Shown here one piece after another: positions 1-11,047 of a stretch of 64,000 bases of DNA; the stretch's first letter is position 1, and every line of letters starts with the position of its first letter. Source of the stretch: Williopsis jadinii (taxonomy: Eukaryota); the NCBI GenBank assembly GCA_024346625.1, contig AP024666.1, forward strand, positions 1,240,001 through 1,304,000, read 5' to 3'. The position numbers and the translations under genes were made by a program. The notes beneath the pieces are model-generated. The model was not told the origin of the DNA. It ran no database searches and saw only the letters and a list, made by a program, of their open reading frames with translations.

Positions 1-14
1 AGTGCCTTGATCAC

Positions 15-1643
15 TTGTCACGCAGTATTACACAGTATAACCAGGAGATATCTTCTAGACTCTGCAACTTGAGAAAACTCTCTTCAAACATAATATCGCT
101 CTGGAATGAACTTGATATAGATCATAAGACTGACTTTTTTATGATCTCGGATAGGGTGTTTCAATATTCACAGTGCAATGAGAAATCAGAGTCTCTTGAT
201 GTGTCTGTGGATATAATCTCAGAATTGAACAAGCTTCTTAAGGATTTGGAGAGCGTTAAATCAGATCGCCTAGAACTGATAAATAACTTCAAATCAAAGT
301 GTGAGCCTCTCTGGGAAAAACTAGAACAAGATCCACGAATGATTGAAGAGTTCAAATCTTCCAATAGTGACATCTCATCGAAGACTATCGAAAACTACGA
401 GATGGAGTTGGCTAGAATGGAAGCACTAAAGGCTCAGTTTCTGGATAAGTTTATCAATGATGCTAAAATATCAATCGAAGAACTCTGGGACCAATTGTGC
501 TACTCCGATTCCCAAAGGTCAAAATGTGAGATATATTATAGTACAGACTGTACCGATGAAGTTTTGAGCCAATTAGAGGAGGAAATCGGGAGATTAAGCA
601 AAATATTGGCATCATACAAACCAATCATTGATCTTGTCCAACAGTTTAAGAGCTTGATTCAAGATCGGACTGAACTAGAAGCCACATCTCAGGATTCTTC
701 CAGGTTGTTAGCGAAGAATTCGTATAAAATCCTCATGGAGGAGGAGAAGACTAGAAAAAGGTTGGCTAGGCAACTACCTAAACTCATTGGTGAGTTACGA
801 GTGAAAATAAAGCAATATGAAGATGACAATGATGAATCCCTTTCATATCTCGGTGCTGATTTCCTAGAACTTTTAGATGAAGAGCAAAAAAAATTGGAAT
901 CTAAAGGTAGAAGAGTGCTCAGTGGAACGTCAGCCAGATCTCAACCACCTTCGCAGTCGAGGCCCATCTCTAGGGATCCTTCAAGATCAGCATCCAGAAT
1001 AACATCTAGAGCTCCCTCCCGTGCCCCATCTAGACCTGTGTCCAAGGCCCCATCAAGAATGTCATCAAGGACCACCTCTCCTGTGAAGAGTTCAGTGTCT
1101 AATATGAGAAATCCAACAAAAGGTGTTCAAAAACCAATAAGGAAACCGATGTCTGCAAATAATTCCTCTCTGGGACAAACAAACCTGAGAAGCAGTCCAT
1201 CTAAAGTCGCTGGATCTCTAACCATCACGTCAGATTTAACGAAGGATAGAAGATTACCATCGCTGAAACCCCCGATTAAGATTACCAGAAGCACTAGTGC
1301 ATTCCAACCACGTTTGATGAGTCTATCAGAAACGAGTAACGGATCACCTCCTAGACGAACCAGGCTTCCACCTTCGCCTCTAAAAGCTGGAAATCATAGC
1401 AAACTACCAGTTCTGGGTTCGAGGAATGAAAATTCACAAAAAGTTATGACATCGCCGTTAAAGTCGCTATCGAAAGGGATCAACTATGATGATGAGTATG
1501 ATAATGGTGATAAAGAGAATAGAGAGGATCTCACAAATAGCGATCAAGAGAGTACTATGATTGATGACGATACCTACTCCACCTGGAGAAAAGAACAGTT
1601 GAGAAAACTCAATCATCTTGTTCGAGAGAGTGATACCTTTTGA
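15..1643 (+). CDS. ASE1: Ase1/PRC1/MAP65 spindle midzone microtubule-bundling protein (5'-partial; N-terminus lies upstream of window)
   Basis: Helical repeats with LWxxL motifs, conserved DSSRLL...LMEEEKTRKRL segment and S/P/R-rich tail. Convergent with SGT1, as recalled for S. cerevisiae. Confidence 0.88.
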   Translation: MSRSITQYNQEISSRLCNLRKLSSNIISLWNELDIDHKTDFFMISDRVFQYSQCNEKSESLDVSVDIISELNKLLKDLESVKSDRLELINNFKSKCEPLWEKLEQDPRMIEEFKSSNSDISSKTIENYEMELARMEALKAQFLDKFINDAKISIEELWDQLCYSDSQRSKCEIYYSTDCTDEVLSQLEEEIGRLSKILASYKPIIDLVQQFKSLIQDRTELEATSQDSSRLLAKNSYKILMEEEKTRKRLARQLPKLIGELRVKIKQYEDDNDESLSYLGADFLELLDEEQKKLESKGRRVLSGTSARSQPPSQSRPISRDPSRSASRITSRAPSRAPSRPVSKAPSRMSSRTTSPVKSSVSNMRNPTKGVQKPIRKPMSANNSSLGQTNLRSSPSKVAGSLTITSDLTKDRRLPSLKPPIKITRSTSAFQPRLMSLSETSNGSPPRRTRLPPSPLKAGNHSKLPVLGSRNENSQKVMTSPLKSLSKGINYDDEYDNGDKENREDLTNSDQESTMIDDDTYSTWRKEQLRKLNHLVRESDTF

Positions 1644-1770
1644 GTATTAATAATAATGATGTATGATTTGTTGTATTATATTAAGCAAAGGTTCTGTATC
1701 CACATTATACTGAAATAACGGACATTTTACACACACACACCAATCCCATCCTCAGTGTAGGAAGAGTATA

Positions 1771-2946
1771 TCACTTTTCATCCACCTCGTCCAATTTAGA
1801 GCCTGGAGGTGCAACTTTGACAAATCTTGATCCTACATCTTTCCAATCCATGCTGAGCACTGTACCTTCACTTTCCACATATGATTTCATCATTGCTCTT
1901 TTTGTATCCTCATCTGCATCTTTGTATAGCCTTTTGAACATTTGATCAGGGCCTGTCTCTTCTTCTTCATCGTCGTCAATCTTCAGAGAATCCCAGTTTA
2001 TATGTTTCTTCGAGGAAGATGGATACATTGAAGCTGTAGACGAGGAGGATTCAACAGGATTCGATTCCAACTTATCCTCGCCAGTTATAGGCTGCTCATG
2101 ATCTAACCTTTCAAGTTTCCTCCACTTCACACTTGGGTTGGCCTTTTTCAAATACAACTCCAATTTTGTTCCAAACACTTTATATGAGCTTCCCTGCACA
2201 TCGATATAGCTGTAGAATGGACCCAAATGGTATTGGAATTCAGAAGATTCCGAGATTGGGAATTCAACATCGACGTAATCCTTGTGGAAGTCCAGCTTTA
2301 ACCGATCGTCATCCTTTGGTATGTTCTTTACAAACAAAGACACCGTGATCGTTTCATTGGATTGGAACCAATCAATTTTGATGTTCTTTGGAACAGGGTA
2401 TAAGTTATCCTTGTTTAGCATCTTTTGTTCCAGCTCTTCTTTCTCCTTTGCCAGTGCTTTGGAAATGGATTCAGAAGATTGTGGTTCAGTTGTAGGGACG
2501 CTGGCGACGTAAAGCTTTGTAACGTCTCCAAGTGAGTCGAACTTAGCAGTCAAATCAATTGAACCATTTGACAACTTGTTAACCTTGCGTTTCAGGTTGT
2601 GTTCCCAAACGGTTGATTCAGTTGAATTGAGCCCATGGTCAACTTTGGCCAAGTTCAAAAGCTTCACAGCATCCTCCAACTTGTTCTGGTTGTAGTAAAT
2701 GATAACCAGTTTGAGCAACGCTTCTGCAATGAACCCCTTATCTTCAGCATTGTCCTTTGTAGTCATTGCCAAATCTAATGCAAATAGAATCTCCTCCGCT
2801 GCCTCATCGTATCGTTTAAGCTTGTTCAAGGCAACGCCTCTGTTCAAGTGCAACTTCTTGTTACGTGGTGCAAACTTCAACTCCTGGTTGAGCGAGTCTA
2901 GGGCGCTTTCCACGTGGCCATGTTGTAAGAGCTGCTCGCCATTCAT
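1771..2946 (-). CDS. SGT1: Sgt1 Hsp90 co-chaperone (TPR-CS-SGS)
   Basis: CS domain KIDWFQSNETITVSLFVK; SGS domain YPSSSKKHINWD...DADEDTKRAMMKSYVESEGTVLSMDW. Confidence 0.96.
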   Translation of the reverse strand: MNGEQLLQHGHVESALDSLNQELKFAPRNKKLHLNRGVALNKLKRYDEAAEEILFALDLAMTTKDNAEDKGFIAEALLKLVIIYYNQNKLEDAVKLLNLAKVDHGLNSTESTVWEHNLKRKVNKLSNGSIDLTAKFDSLGDVTKLYVASVPTTEPQSSESISKALAKEKEELEQKMLNKDNLYPVPKNIKIDWFQSNETITVSLFVKNIPKDDDRLKLDFHKDYVDVEFPISESSEFQYHLGPFYSYIDVQGSSYKVFGTKLELYLKKANPSVKWRKLERLDHEQPITGEDKLESNPVESSSSTASMYPSSSKKHINWDSLKIDDDEEEETGPDQMFKRLYKDADEDTKRAMMKSYVESEGTVLSMDWKDVGSRFVKVAPPGSKLDEVDEK

Positions 2947-4407
2947 CTTCAGCCTCTTTAGCCTCTTTGTCTGAAGACGTGGGGAGGACTTTAAATTTGT
3001 GAGGCGAGTTAAATATGTGATCCACCAAAAGTGACAATTACCAATTCTGATCCAAGTTGGCTCTAAAAATCGTTATGCGCACTAGTCTAATCTTAATGGC
3101 CTATATTTGTGATAGCGGTGTTATCATTAGTTTCATATTCACAAGCCATTCACTTCTTCCCTGGATCATTCATCTGGTGCTATTGCTTTTGCTTTTGATT
3201 TCTTGAGCCTTTGATTGTTTTCAGACATTTAGGGTATAATTTCCATGTGTTCTACAGGTGCTTTCGGTGCTCACTATAAGAACTATTGAGAAATAACGGA
3301 AAACTGCATCACATGTAACCACCACTCGATGGACACCATTTCGTTGTCACAGTTTAGGATTTTTAATACAAACGCATGGCACTTGTCACCTCCCGATTAC
3401 ATTCTACTATTCTCGTAAAAGAGGAAACTGTGGTAATATATTCAAAACTTCGGTGACGACAAGGTATGAGTTTAGCTTGGGTGTTCGGGTTAAAAGCCTA
3501 GGCACCAATTTTCCACTGACAAAGTTCCAGTTGGTGCTATTATGAACAATATGGTTAAACATATGATAACCATAGGATATTGCTTACTGTTATAATCAAC
3601 TGATATTATATAGCATTGTGTATTGTTACCGTGTTAAGAATAGGTGATCTTTGTGTAGTGTTTTTTGAAATGATTATTAGCTGAACTATCAATTCTATAT
3701 TTTTAAAATAAGTATATCTGATATACTCTATGAAATTGAAAACTCGAATTACACTCTGGCTGGATACCTACGGTAACGACAATTTACCACCAATCAGCAC
3801 TATACCAGCTCACTGAAATACCAACATGGATCTTGTCGTATGAAGCCTCAGCCAATAGACCATGAAATGATGCTTATTACACCAATTCATCCCCAACGTC
3901 ATTAGGTGTCTGGGTGTGGAAACCCCCATCAATTTTGAGCACCTCAGCACCAATTTCAGTACCGGCTAACTGATGACTGCAAACCGAGCGCCTAACAGCT
4001 CAACACTAACATACTGAAGACAATGACACCAAAATCACCCTAATATTATTGTTAAACGCAACAGATACTTGACCGAGCAGGATCCGGACCTATCGAATCA
4101 TCTGACAAGTCCCCGTCGTTATACCAACCGACATGGCAAAACCCGAGATCTAATTCTTCCCAAACTGGTGGAGTTAGGCGGAGCTAACCGGGAATAACAC
4201 TCGATCTCATCGCTTAGAGAACGGACACAAGTCCGAACTTGTTCTATTTGGAGTAGGATAACTTTGAATTTGAGTTGTGAAAATTGGGTGTTCTTTGTTC
4301 TTAAAGTCTTGGTTTATTTTGTTAGAGATGGATGTTATATAAAGAGAGTTATCCCATTTATATATCACACCCTTCATGATAACATTGACGTTATTAGCAA
4401 CTTTACA

Positions 4408-5640
4408 ATGACGGAGGAAACTACGAAAATTCTGGTTGTCGGGGGCTCATTTGGAGGTTTGTCCTTTTTGAAGCAGTTCATCAACCTTGTCGAGAAAGGG
4501 GATGTGACGGATAAGAAGATCCAGGTTGATCTTATCGAGCCGAGAGCAGGCCTTTTGAACGTCTTGGGCATACCACGTGCGGTTATTGATGATGTATATG
4601 CCAAAGAGAGCTACTTTAACACGGAGAATATGAACATAAAGTTCACATCGGTAACCAGTTCATACCAGGATACTCTCGACAGATGGGCCAGTGCCAAACA
4701 GACCGAAGAATTGCCGCAGAATTTGACAGTTAATTATATCCAAGGCAAAGTGACTTCGTTCATTGATGATCACAACGTCAATTACCAAGTTGGAGATGAG
4801 CAGGACATCAAGAGATTGCAGTTTGACTACTGTGTCTACGCTGCAGGTCGAAGAAGAAGATGGCCATTTGACCCAAAGGCAATCACTGAAGAGGGCTTTG
4901 TAAAAGAGATGCAGAAGAGTAAGAAAGAAATTGAGGACTCAAATATCATTACAGTGATTGGTGGTGGGGCACTGGGTATCGAGATTGCAGGTGAGTTTAA
5001 AGAATACTATGGCGATTCTAAAAGGATCAGGTTGGTTCACCCTCATCCTTTTGTTCCCCCAGAGATATTTGCATCCAAGAACTTCAAGCAGAAGCTGAGA
5101 GAAGAACTGGAAGCCTCAGGTGTTGAACTATGCTTCAACACAAGAATAGAGACAGAACTTGAAAATGGTGACTTGGTAACCACAGATGGTCGCACGCTGG
5201 AATCGGACTTGAACTTGTGGTGTAATTACCACAAGAATAACATTGAGCCATTGCTGCCTGTATTTGAGTCCTCAATCGAGCTACCTAAGGGTGAAGTGAG
5301 TGTTGATACTCGTCTTTTAATGAAAGGCCACGAAAATATCTTTGCCATAGGTGATGTCATTAGTTTGAAAATCATCAAGACTTGTGGTGGTGCTTACAGA
5401 CAAGGTCTATACGTAGGTGAATCCCTATACAACATCATTGTTAAGGGAGAGAAGAAGTATGTGGAGCTAGACTTAGATACATGGCCCCATGGAATGACCA
5501 TTGTTGTGGGTACTCAGAGAATCATCTCACAATGGGATGACATCGGCGACGGCAAAGTTGTGTATAATAGTGATGCATTGCTAGAGATGTACTCTGACTA
5601 TTGTACAAAGAGTTCCAAGACGTTATACAACGTGAAGTGA
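4408..5640 (+). CDS. AIF1/AMID(FSP1)-like FAD/NAD(P)H-dependent oxidoreductase
   Basis: Rossmann motifs ILVVGGSFGG and VIGGGALGIEIAGE plus NIFAIGDV. First ATG at 4408, with TATATAAA near 4337. Confidence 0.85.
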   Translation: MTEETTKILVVGGSFGGLSFLKQFINLVEKGDVTDKKIQVDLIEPRAGLLNVLGIPRAVIDDVYAKESYFNTENMNIKFTSVTSSYQDTLDRWASAKQTEELPQNLTVNYIQGKVTSFIDDHNVNYQVGDEQDIKRLQFDYCVYAAGRRRRWPFDPKAITEEGFVKEMQKSKKEIEDSNIITVIGGGALGIEIAGEFKEYYGDSKRIRLVHPHPFVPPEIFASKNFKQKLREELEASGVELCFNTRIETELENGDLVTTDGRTLESDLNLWCNYHKNNIEPLLPVFESSIELPKGEVSVDTRLLMKGHENIFAIGDVISLKIIKTCGGAYRQGLYVGESLYNIIVKGEKKYVELDLDTWPHGMTIVVGTQRIISQWDDIGDGKVVYNSDALLEMYSDYCTKSSKTLYNVK

Positions 5641-8600
5641 GCAATGGGTATTCCAACACCTGTATACGTTAATATTGGTCGTATAACTATATATATAGAA
5701 TATTCAATGGTTATTATTCCCCTATTTTGCTCGAATTCTAGTTGTCCATACATGGAAGCAGACATGTTGGAGAGGCTTAACATAAGCATGCAGTTGGATT
5801 TATATAAGATGTGGTACATTCTCGGACTCTAGCTAACCCACAACAAGGGATAAATGTTACCAACAAAATGCATAGGGGGCGCTAGCGACATAATATTAGA
5901 AGCCATGTGGAGTTCATATCTAATCAATATTGAGCTACGACGGCCACATACATGCCTATATTGGAATGTAGGAAGTCCCCTGGAATAATTGAACCACCTC
6001 ATTCCTTGCACGCTGGATTATTAGCTGTAGGTACACATATATGCAACGTGAAGTTAGAAGAGTAATCTTAGCCATCCAACATACAGGTACATGTTAAAAC
6101 AAACTATGACGTCTTTTAAAAAACATGGTCAGGATTTTGACCCCTTTAGATCATCATCTTGAAGTTTCGAACCTCATACCTTCTGCGATATTATGCAATG
6201 TGCATGTTCAACATTCCCAAAGTGCTTGAGATTTGAATTTATAAACCGAGGCATCAGGTCCTCTTGTGTATGTTGCTTAATGCTTAAGCAATTAATGAGT
6301 TTACCCCAACCCGCATGGAATGTTATATGCACTTGGTAATTCTATCGTGATTGACTCGACTCTATTCTACTCCTGTCGTTGGTTTGAAAACATGATCCAA
6401 TCATGCAGAGGACGCTATACGGGAGTTTGATAGTGAATCCATGTACTCTTAGCAAGTCATATATCTATAATATTTTACAGCAAGGTGTTAACTGATCTGA
6501 ATTTCCATTAGTCAAAGATTCAGAGATCCGGTTTTTCTTTTATCTCTGAATTGTTCAAAAAATAGATATTAGACCTTCGATGTAGAAATCTAGGTGAAGA
6601 GAAGCCATCATACTTTGTTGATTCATGGTTTCGATCTTAACACAGAGAGAGTTGAGCATTAAAAGCTAGCGAATATACCATAGAGATCAAACTCTCAGAA
6701 GCAATAACAAGCCATATATCACAGTGACAGGAGAGCTTATGTGATTGGCAACTTATACGTGTTTTAACTTCCACTCTATCTTCCAGAAGATGACATCATA
6801 CATATACTCTGAAGTAAGAATCGTTCATGTAGATGGGGCTTTCATTTCTGTTCACAGATTAACAACTTATCATTCTTAACCAGATCATTGTTAGTGCTGG
6901 CCTTATAGGTAAGTCTTCACCACATTGTTGAGAGTAGCTTGCTGCAAAATTGGATTCAGAGGTTACGACATCAAAACAACAAATAATAAATATGTCCGTC
7001 TCCCCATCTTCCACGCCTTGTTTACCTTCAAATTTTCATTTTTCCTACTAGCTGCTGTAGCAACGGTCAAAACTTACAGCATCAAAGACCAAAAGTCGAT
7101 GTTCTTTGAGTTTTAATGTGTGTCCACGTTTAGTATCAGATTTTAATGTAAATTCTACGGGACTAAAGTCAAGCAGAAAGCAAGCAAAGTTTAACTCAAG
7201 ACTTTTCTGTTAACCCACAGCCGTGAGGTTGGATTACGAGGAGTTTCTTGGAAGCCTGAAGATGTTGAAACATGCATCACTCAAGTCGGACGTCGCTGAC
7301 TCAGTGACAATCATAACTTGCAAATACGAAGTTCAGTCCAAAATTTTATTTAGCCAGGGGTCTGAGATAGTAAAACTTTATAGTTCAAAGCGCAGTATTG
7401 TGACAATGTACCACTGATAAACATTTCGTGTGTATGTACAGGCTTTGTCTGAGGCTTATACACACCCAGATCAGCTGCACAGCCAACTTCCATTCTTTGA
7501 AAGTGTATACAATGAAGCATCGAGTGATACTGAAGGTCAGAACTTAATCGCTTTTACGAATGACTTCTAAAGAACGCTTGTTTTCCATGGAAAAACTTCG
7601 GTGTGTTTTCATCTTGAACACCTAAAAAGTTGTACACCGGACGTACCTAACAACCTTGACCGATAATCTCAAGTAGGAAGTTATTATATATGTATGTGCG
7701 TTGATTGGGACCTCGAATAACCCCAAGCTGGTGTACTGATTCAGCTCGAATACACATCTCCTACAAGTGCTTTTGATTGAACCAATGTGTGTTGATAATC
7801 ATTACTTGTAGGACACCGGAAGATGCAAACACTCAAACACACCTACCCTCCAGAGTCCTGCTTCTTCTAGAACAGTCAATTGATTCTTGTACACGGACAC
7901 AATGGTTCATATCTCCATACTGGCCCTTGTACTCATAGTACAGGAATGTACATCACTGTGGCATTTGGGCAGCTGGCTGCCTGGGGTTTGGGCACATCCA
8001 AAAACGCCTGTGCATCATCAGACCTGTAAACAAACACAACTCAAAGTCGTGTCGCGCAGTTTGTTTGTGTGTTCTCTGGTTTTTAGTTTCCCAATGCGGT
8101 AAAGAGATCGGCAGCATCTACGTTGGTTTCAGCGGCGATCATGCATGACTACAGGCTTTTGTAAGGTGTAACTACAGCACCAGCAGGGAATAGCTTACAT
8201 TGGTATGAAGTATGTGACTACTGCTAAACGCCCAGTGCACGAACATGCCTGTGAGAGCCTGTGTGTACATGTTACAACGTCCAACTCTCTAATCATGCCT
8301 ACTTTGCTCAGACATGGACAACAACAAAAAGTTGATAACCTCTCAAGCCTGGTGAGGATTTCATGTTATATATAAGATCGCCTGTCTATAACCCCCTGCC
8401 TGCTTTTTTGTTGTTTATTTTCTGTTCCCCTTAACGAGGTAATCAACCCAATATTCATATCCATTAACACGTTATCAACAGACAAGAGCGTCTGGGTAAG
8501 AAAGCAGTTGAAGTATACAACACACAAAAGTTCGTGTCGTATTAGAGTTTCCAATACAGACGGTGGACTCGAACCTTTGAAGCTGACGCGCACTTTGGAC

Positions 8601-8670
8601 CGGCGTGCTCGAAAATTGAGGGAGTTTTGAAAAACAGCAGTCTGTTTCCCTAGCAACCACAACCGCCCCG

Positions 8671-8710
8671 GTACATTCCCGTACATTCCCGTACATTCTC
8701 GTACATTCCC
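8671..8710 (+). repeat. 4 x 10-bp tandem repeat GTACATTC(C/T)C; each unit contains a Tec1/TEA-type site (ACATTCY)
   Basis: Seen directly: gtacattccc gtacattccc gtacattctc gtacattccc, about 460 bp upstream of the Bem1-like ATG. Confidence 0.85.
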
Positions 8711-9170
8711 CTAAAAGCTGGTACTCTCGAAAAACACACAAACAAACGGAATTCAAAACAGACATCTGACCATAATCTGGCAAAGGCGAAAAAATCATAA
8801 ACAAACATCAACAGTTTCACCATCCTTTCCATTCTTCATCATTCATTCGTTCGTGCTTGCTAGATCACGCTGAACCAATCATAGGTTAATAGGGTTAAGC
8901 TTGAAGGTTTTTTTTCTGAAGGAAGACGCACGATCTGTTAAACTTTAAAGCAAATATTCTCGAGTTTTCCCCTTCCACTGTGTGTCTCCCCCTTCATATA
9001 TTTTACAGTTTGTGCGTGCACCCAAAGGTTACCACAAAGAAAAGATAAAGTGTGGATATATTTTCACCACTTTTGATACTCTTTCAAGCTATTGGCACCT
9101 CATTCCAGGTTATAAGGAGACGGCGGCATCCAGCACACTTCTCACACACTTCTCACATAGAAAAACAGTC

Positions 9171-10712
9171 ATGGTCAAGCCAGCATCCAGAAAGTTGAAG
9201 ATTTCTGGGCCAATTATAATAGCCGACGGGGACCGCTACGCGGACGCTGGAGCATCTTCGCGTTCATCTCCCACACAGATAGTACCACGGTCAACTCCAG
9301 ACAACTCCGTGATTGTGATTGCCAAGTTCAACTTCAAAGCTGAGAATAAGCATGAGATATCCATTGGCATTGGAGAGGCGTTCAAACTCGTCCAGCGGAA
9401 GGGAAACGGGTGGATTCTTGTAAAGCCAATAGGAAGGCTTGGAGAATGTGGGCTTATACCGGCCAGTTACGTCCGCATAGTGAAGATAGACAAGTCCCAT
9501 CATCCTCAGACAGATGAAGAATGGCTATCACAGCCTGAGACACACTGTGCGCACAAGACAACCCTCGATGGTAAGAATAAGAGCACCTCCATGGCATCTG
9601 AAATATCCGCCATCTCTGACTCTGGTGAAGATTTCACTTACCAATCATCCATATCGTCGGTGTCTTCCACGTCTCAAAAGAACTCTGCTACTACGTCACC
9701 AAAGAACTCAATGGCTGCTAACACCTTGGCAACACCAATCCCACTTTCTGGCCTCGTGAAGAACGCAGACACGTGCAATGGCAGGTACTGGTACCGTGTT
9801 GATGTTTCGATGAGTAACGGGAAGACGAGACACTTGTGCAGATATTACCAAGATTTCTACAAATTGCACTGTGCATTGGTTGATCAACTGGTTCGCTCGA
9901 ACCCTGATCAGGACATTAACGAGCTTGTAACCAAACTACCTACGCTCCCTGATCCAATTGCAAGACCAGATCTTCAAACATTGCAGAGTATACTGTTGCA
10001 AAGATGCCAGTGTTTGAACGTCTACATATTTAGAGTGATTCAAAACAGACTCTCATTGAACTACGGGAACATAGTCAACGAGTGGGTCGAATTACAAACT
10101 GGTGACCTCGAACTGAGTGACGACTTACAGATATCGAACAAAGAAATACAGGAGATGTTGAGTCCAATGACAACACAAAACACAACAGGGAAACAGAGAC
10201 CTGTGCTCTCGGTGAAGACCTCAGTCACACCGCCACTACCAATGCTAAATCAGCATATGTACCGCTCATCATCTGTTAGCTCTGCAAGCTCTACAAGTTC
10301 TCCATCTGTCTGGACATCTCCACCGTTGCAGTCCAATCCATCGTTTAGCCACTCTACGCCCACCATCCTAGAAGGAGAAGCAACAGAGTTCAATGACTGG
10401 TTAACTTCCCCTATTCAACCTCTTCTGGTACCGAGAAGAGATTCTTCAAGCCTACCGACAGGAAGGGAGGCGAAGGCAAAGGTGTTTTACAATAACGACA
10501 TTTTTGCACTTAGATTTAAACCTGGGTGCCGACTAGACGAAGTTAAAGGGAGTATCGCAAGAAGGCTTGAATGTGATGTTGATGCATTGGTGCTAAGGTA
10601 CAAGATCCATCAACACGAGAATTTCATTCCTCTGGATACCGACGGTGAACTGAACATGGCAATGGAGTACGAAAAGTTTAACGTTGACGTTCAATTACTC
10701 AGAATGCATTGA
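9171..10712 (+). CDS. Bem1-like polarity scaffold (single SH3, PX, PB1)
   Basis: SH3 GWILVKPIGRLGECGLIPASYV resembles Bem1 SH3b. PX RYWYRV..SNGKTRHLCRYYQDFYKL. PB1 KAKVFYNNDIFAL. First ATG at 9171. Confidence 0.85.
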   Translation: MVKPASRKLKISGPIIIADGDRYADAGASSRSSPTQIVPRSTPDNSVIVIAKFNFKAENKHEISIGIGEAFKLVQRKGNGWILVKPIGRLGECGLIPASYVRIVKIDKSHHPQTDEEWLSQPETHCAHKTTLDGKNKSTSMASEISAISDSGEDFTYQSSISSVSSTSQKNSATTSPKNSMAANTLATPIPLSGLVKNADTCNGRYWYRVDVSMSNGKTRHLCRYYQDFYKLHCALVDQLVRSNPDQDINELVTKLPTLPDPIARPDLQTLQSILLQRCQCLNVYIFRVIQNRLSLNYGNIVNEWVELQTGDLELSDDLQISNKEIQEMLSPMTTQNTTGKQRPVLSVKTSVTPPLPMLNQHMYRSSSVSSASSTSSPSVWTSPPLQSNPSFSHSTPTILEGEATEFNDWLTSPIQPLLVPRRDSSSLPTGREAKAKVFYNNDIFALRFKPGCRLDEVKGSIARRLECDVDALVLRYKIHQHENFIPLDTDGELNMAMEYEKFNVDVQLLRMH

Positions 10713-11047
10713 CGACATCTTGGATATGATCAGCTTTTGTTCCCTTTTTTAGGGGTGTGATGAGGAGTTTTTTTGTTTGTTTGTTTTGAAGCTTGGATCT
10801 TCTGCGTTGGCTTGTTTGTTTTATTTTGTTTTAACTTGTCTATCTAATAAACATTTAGGAATATTCAACAAGGTCAAGCGTAAGGAAACGTGTATTTACA
10901 TTTACACTACATGTAGTGATCTGCGCATTGGGCATCGCAGTGTACATAGGTGTACATCACGGACAGGAAGGAGTCATCAACCCGAAACGCGATGCTACAC
11001 AAGCGTTCACGGGCCACGACACATCATTTTATTCATATAGGGGCGAC

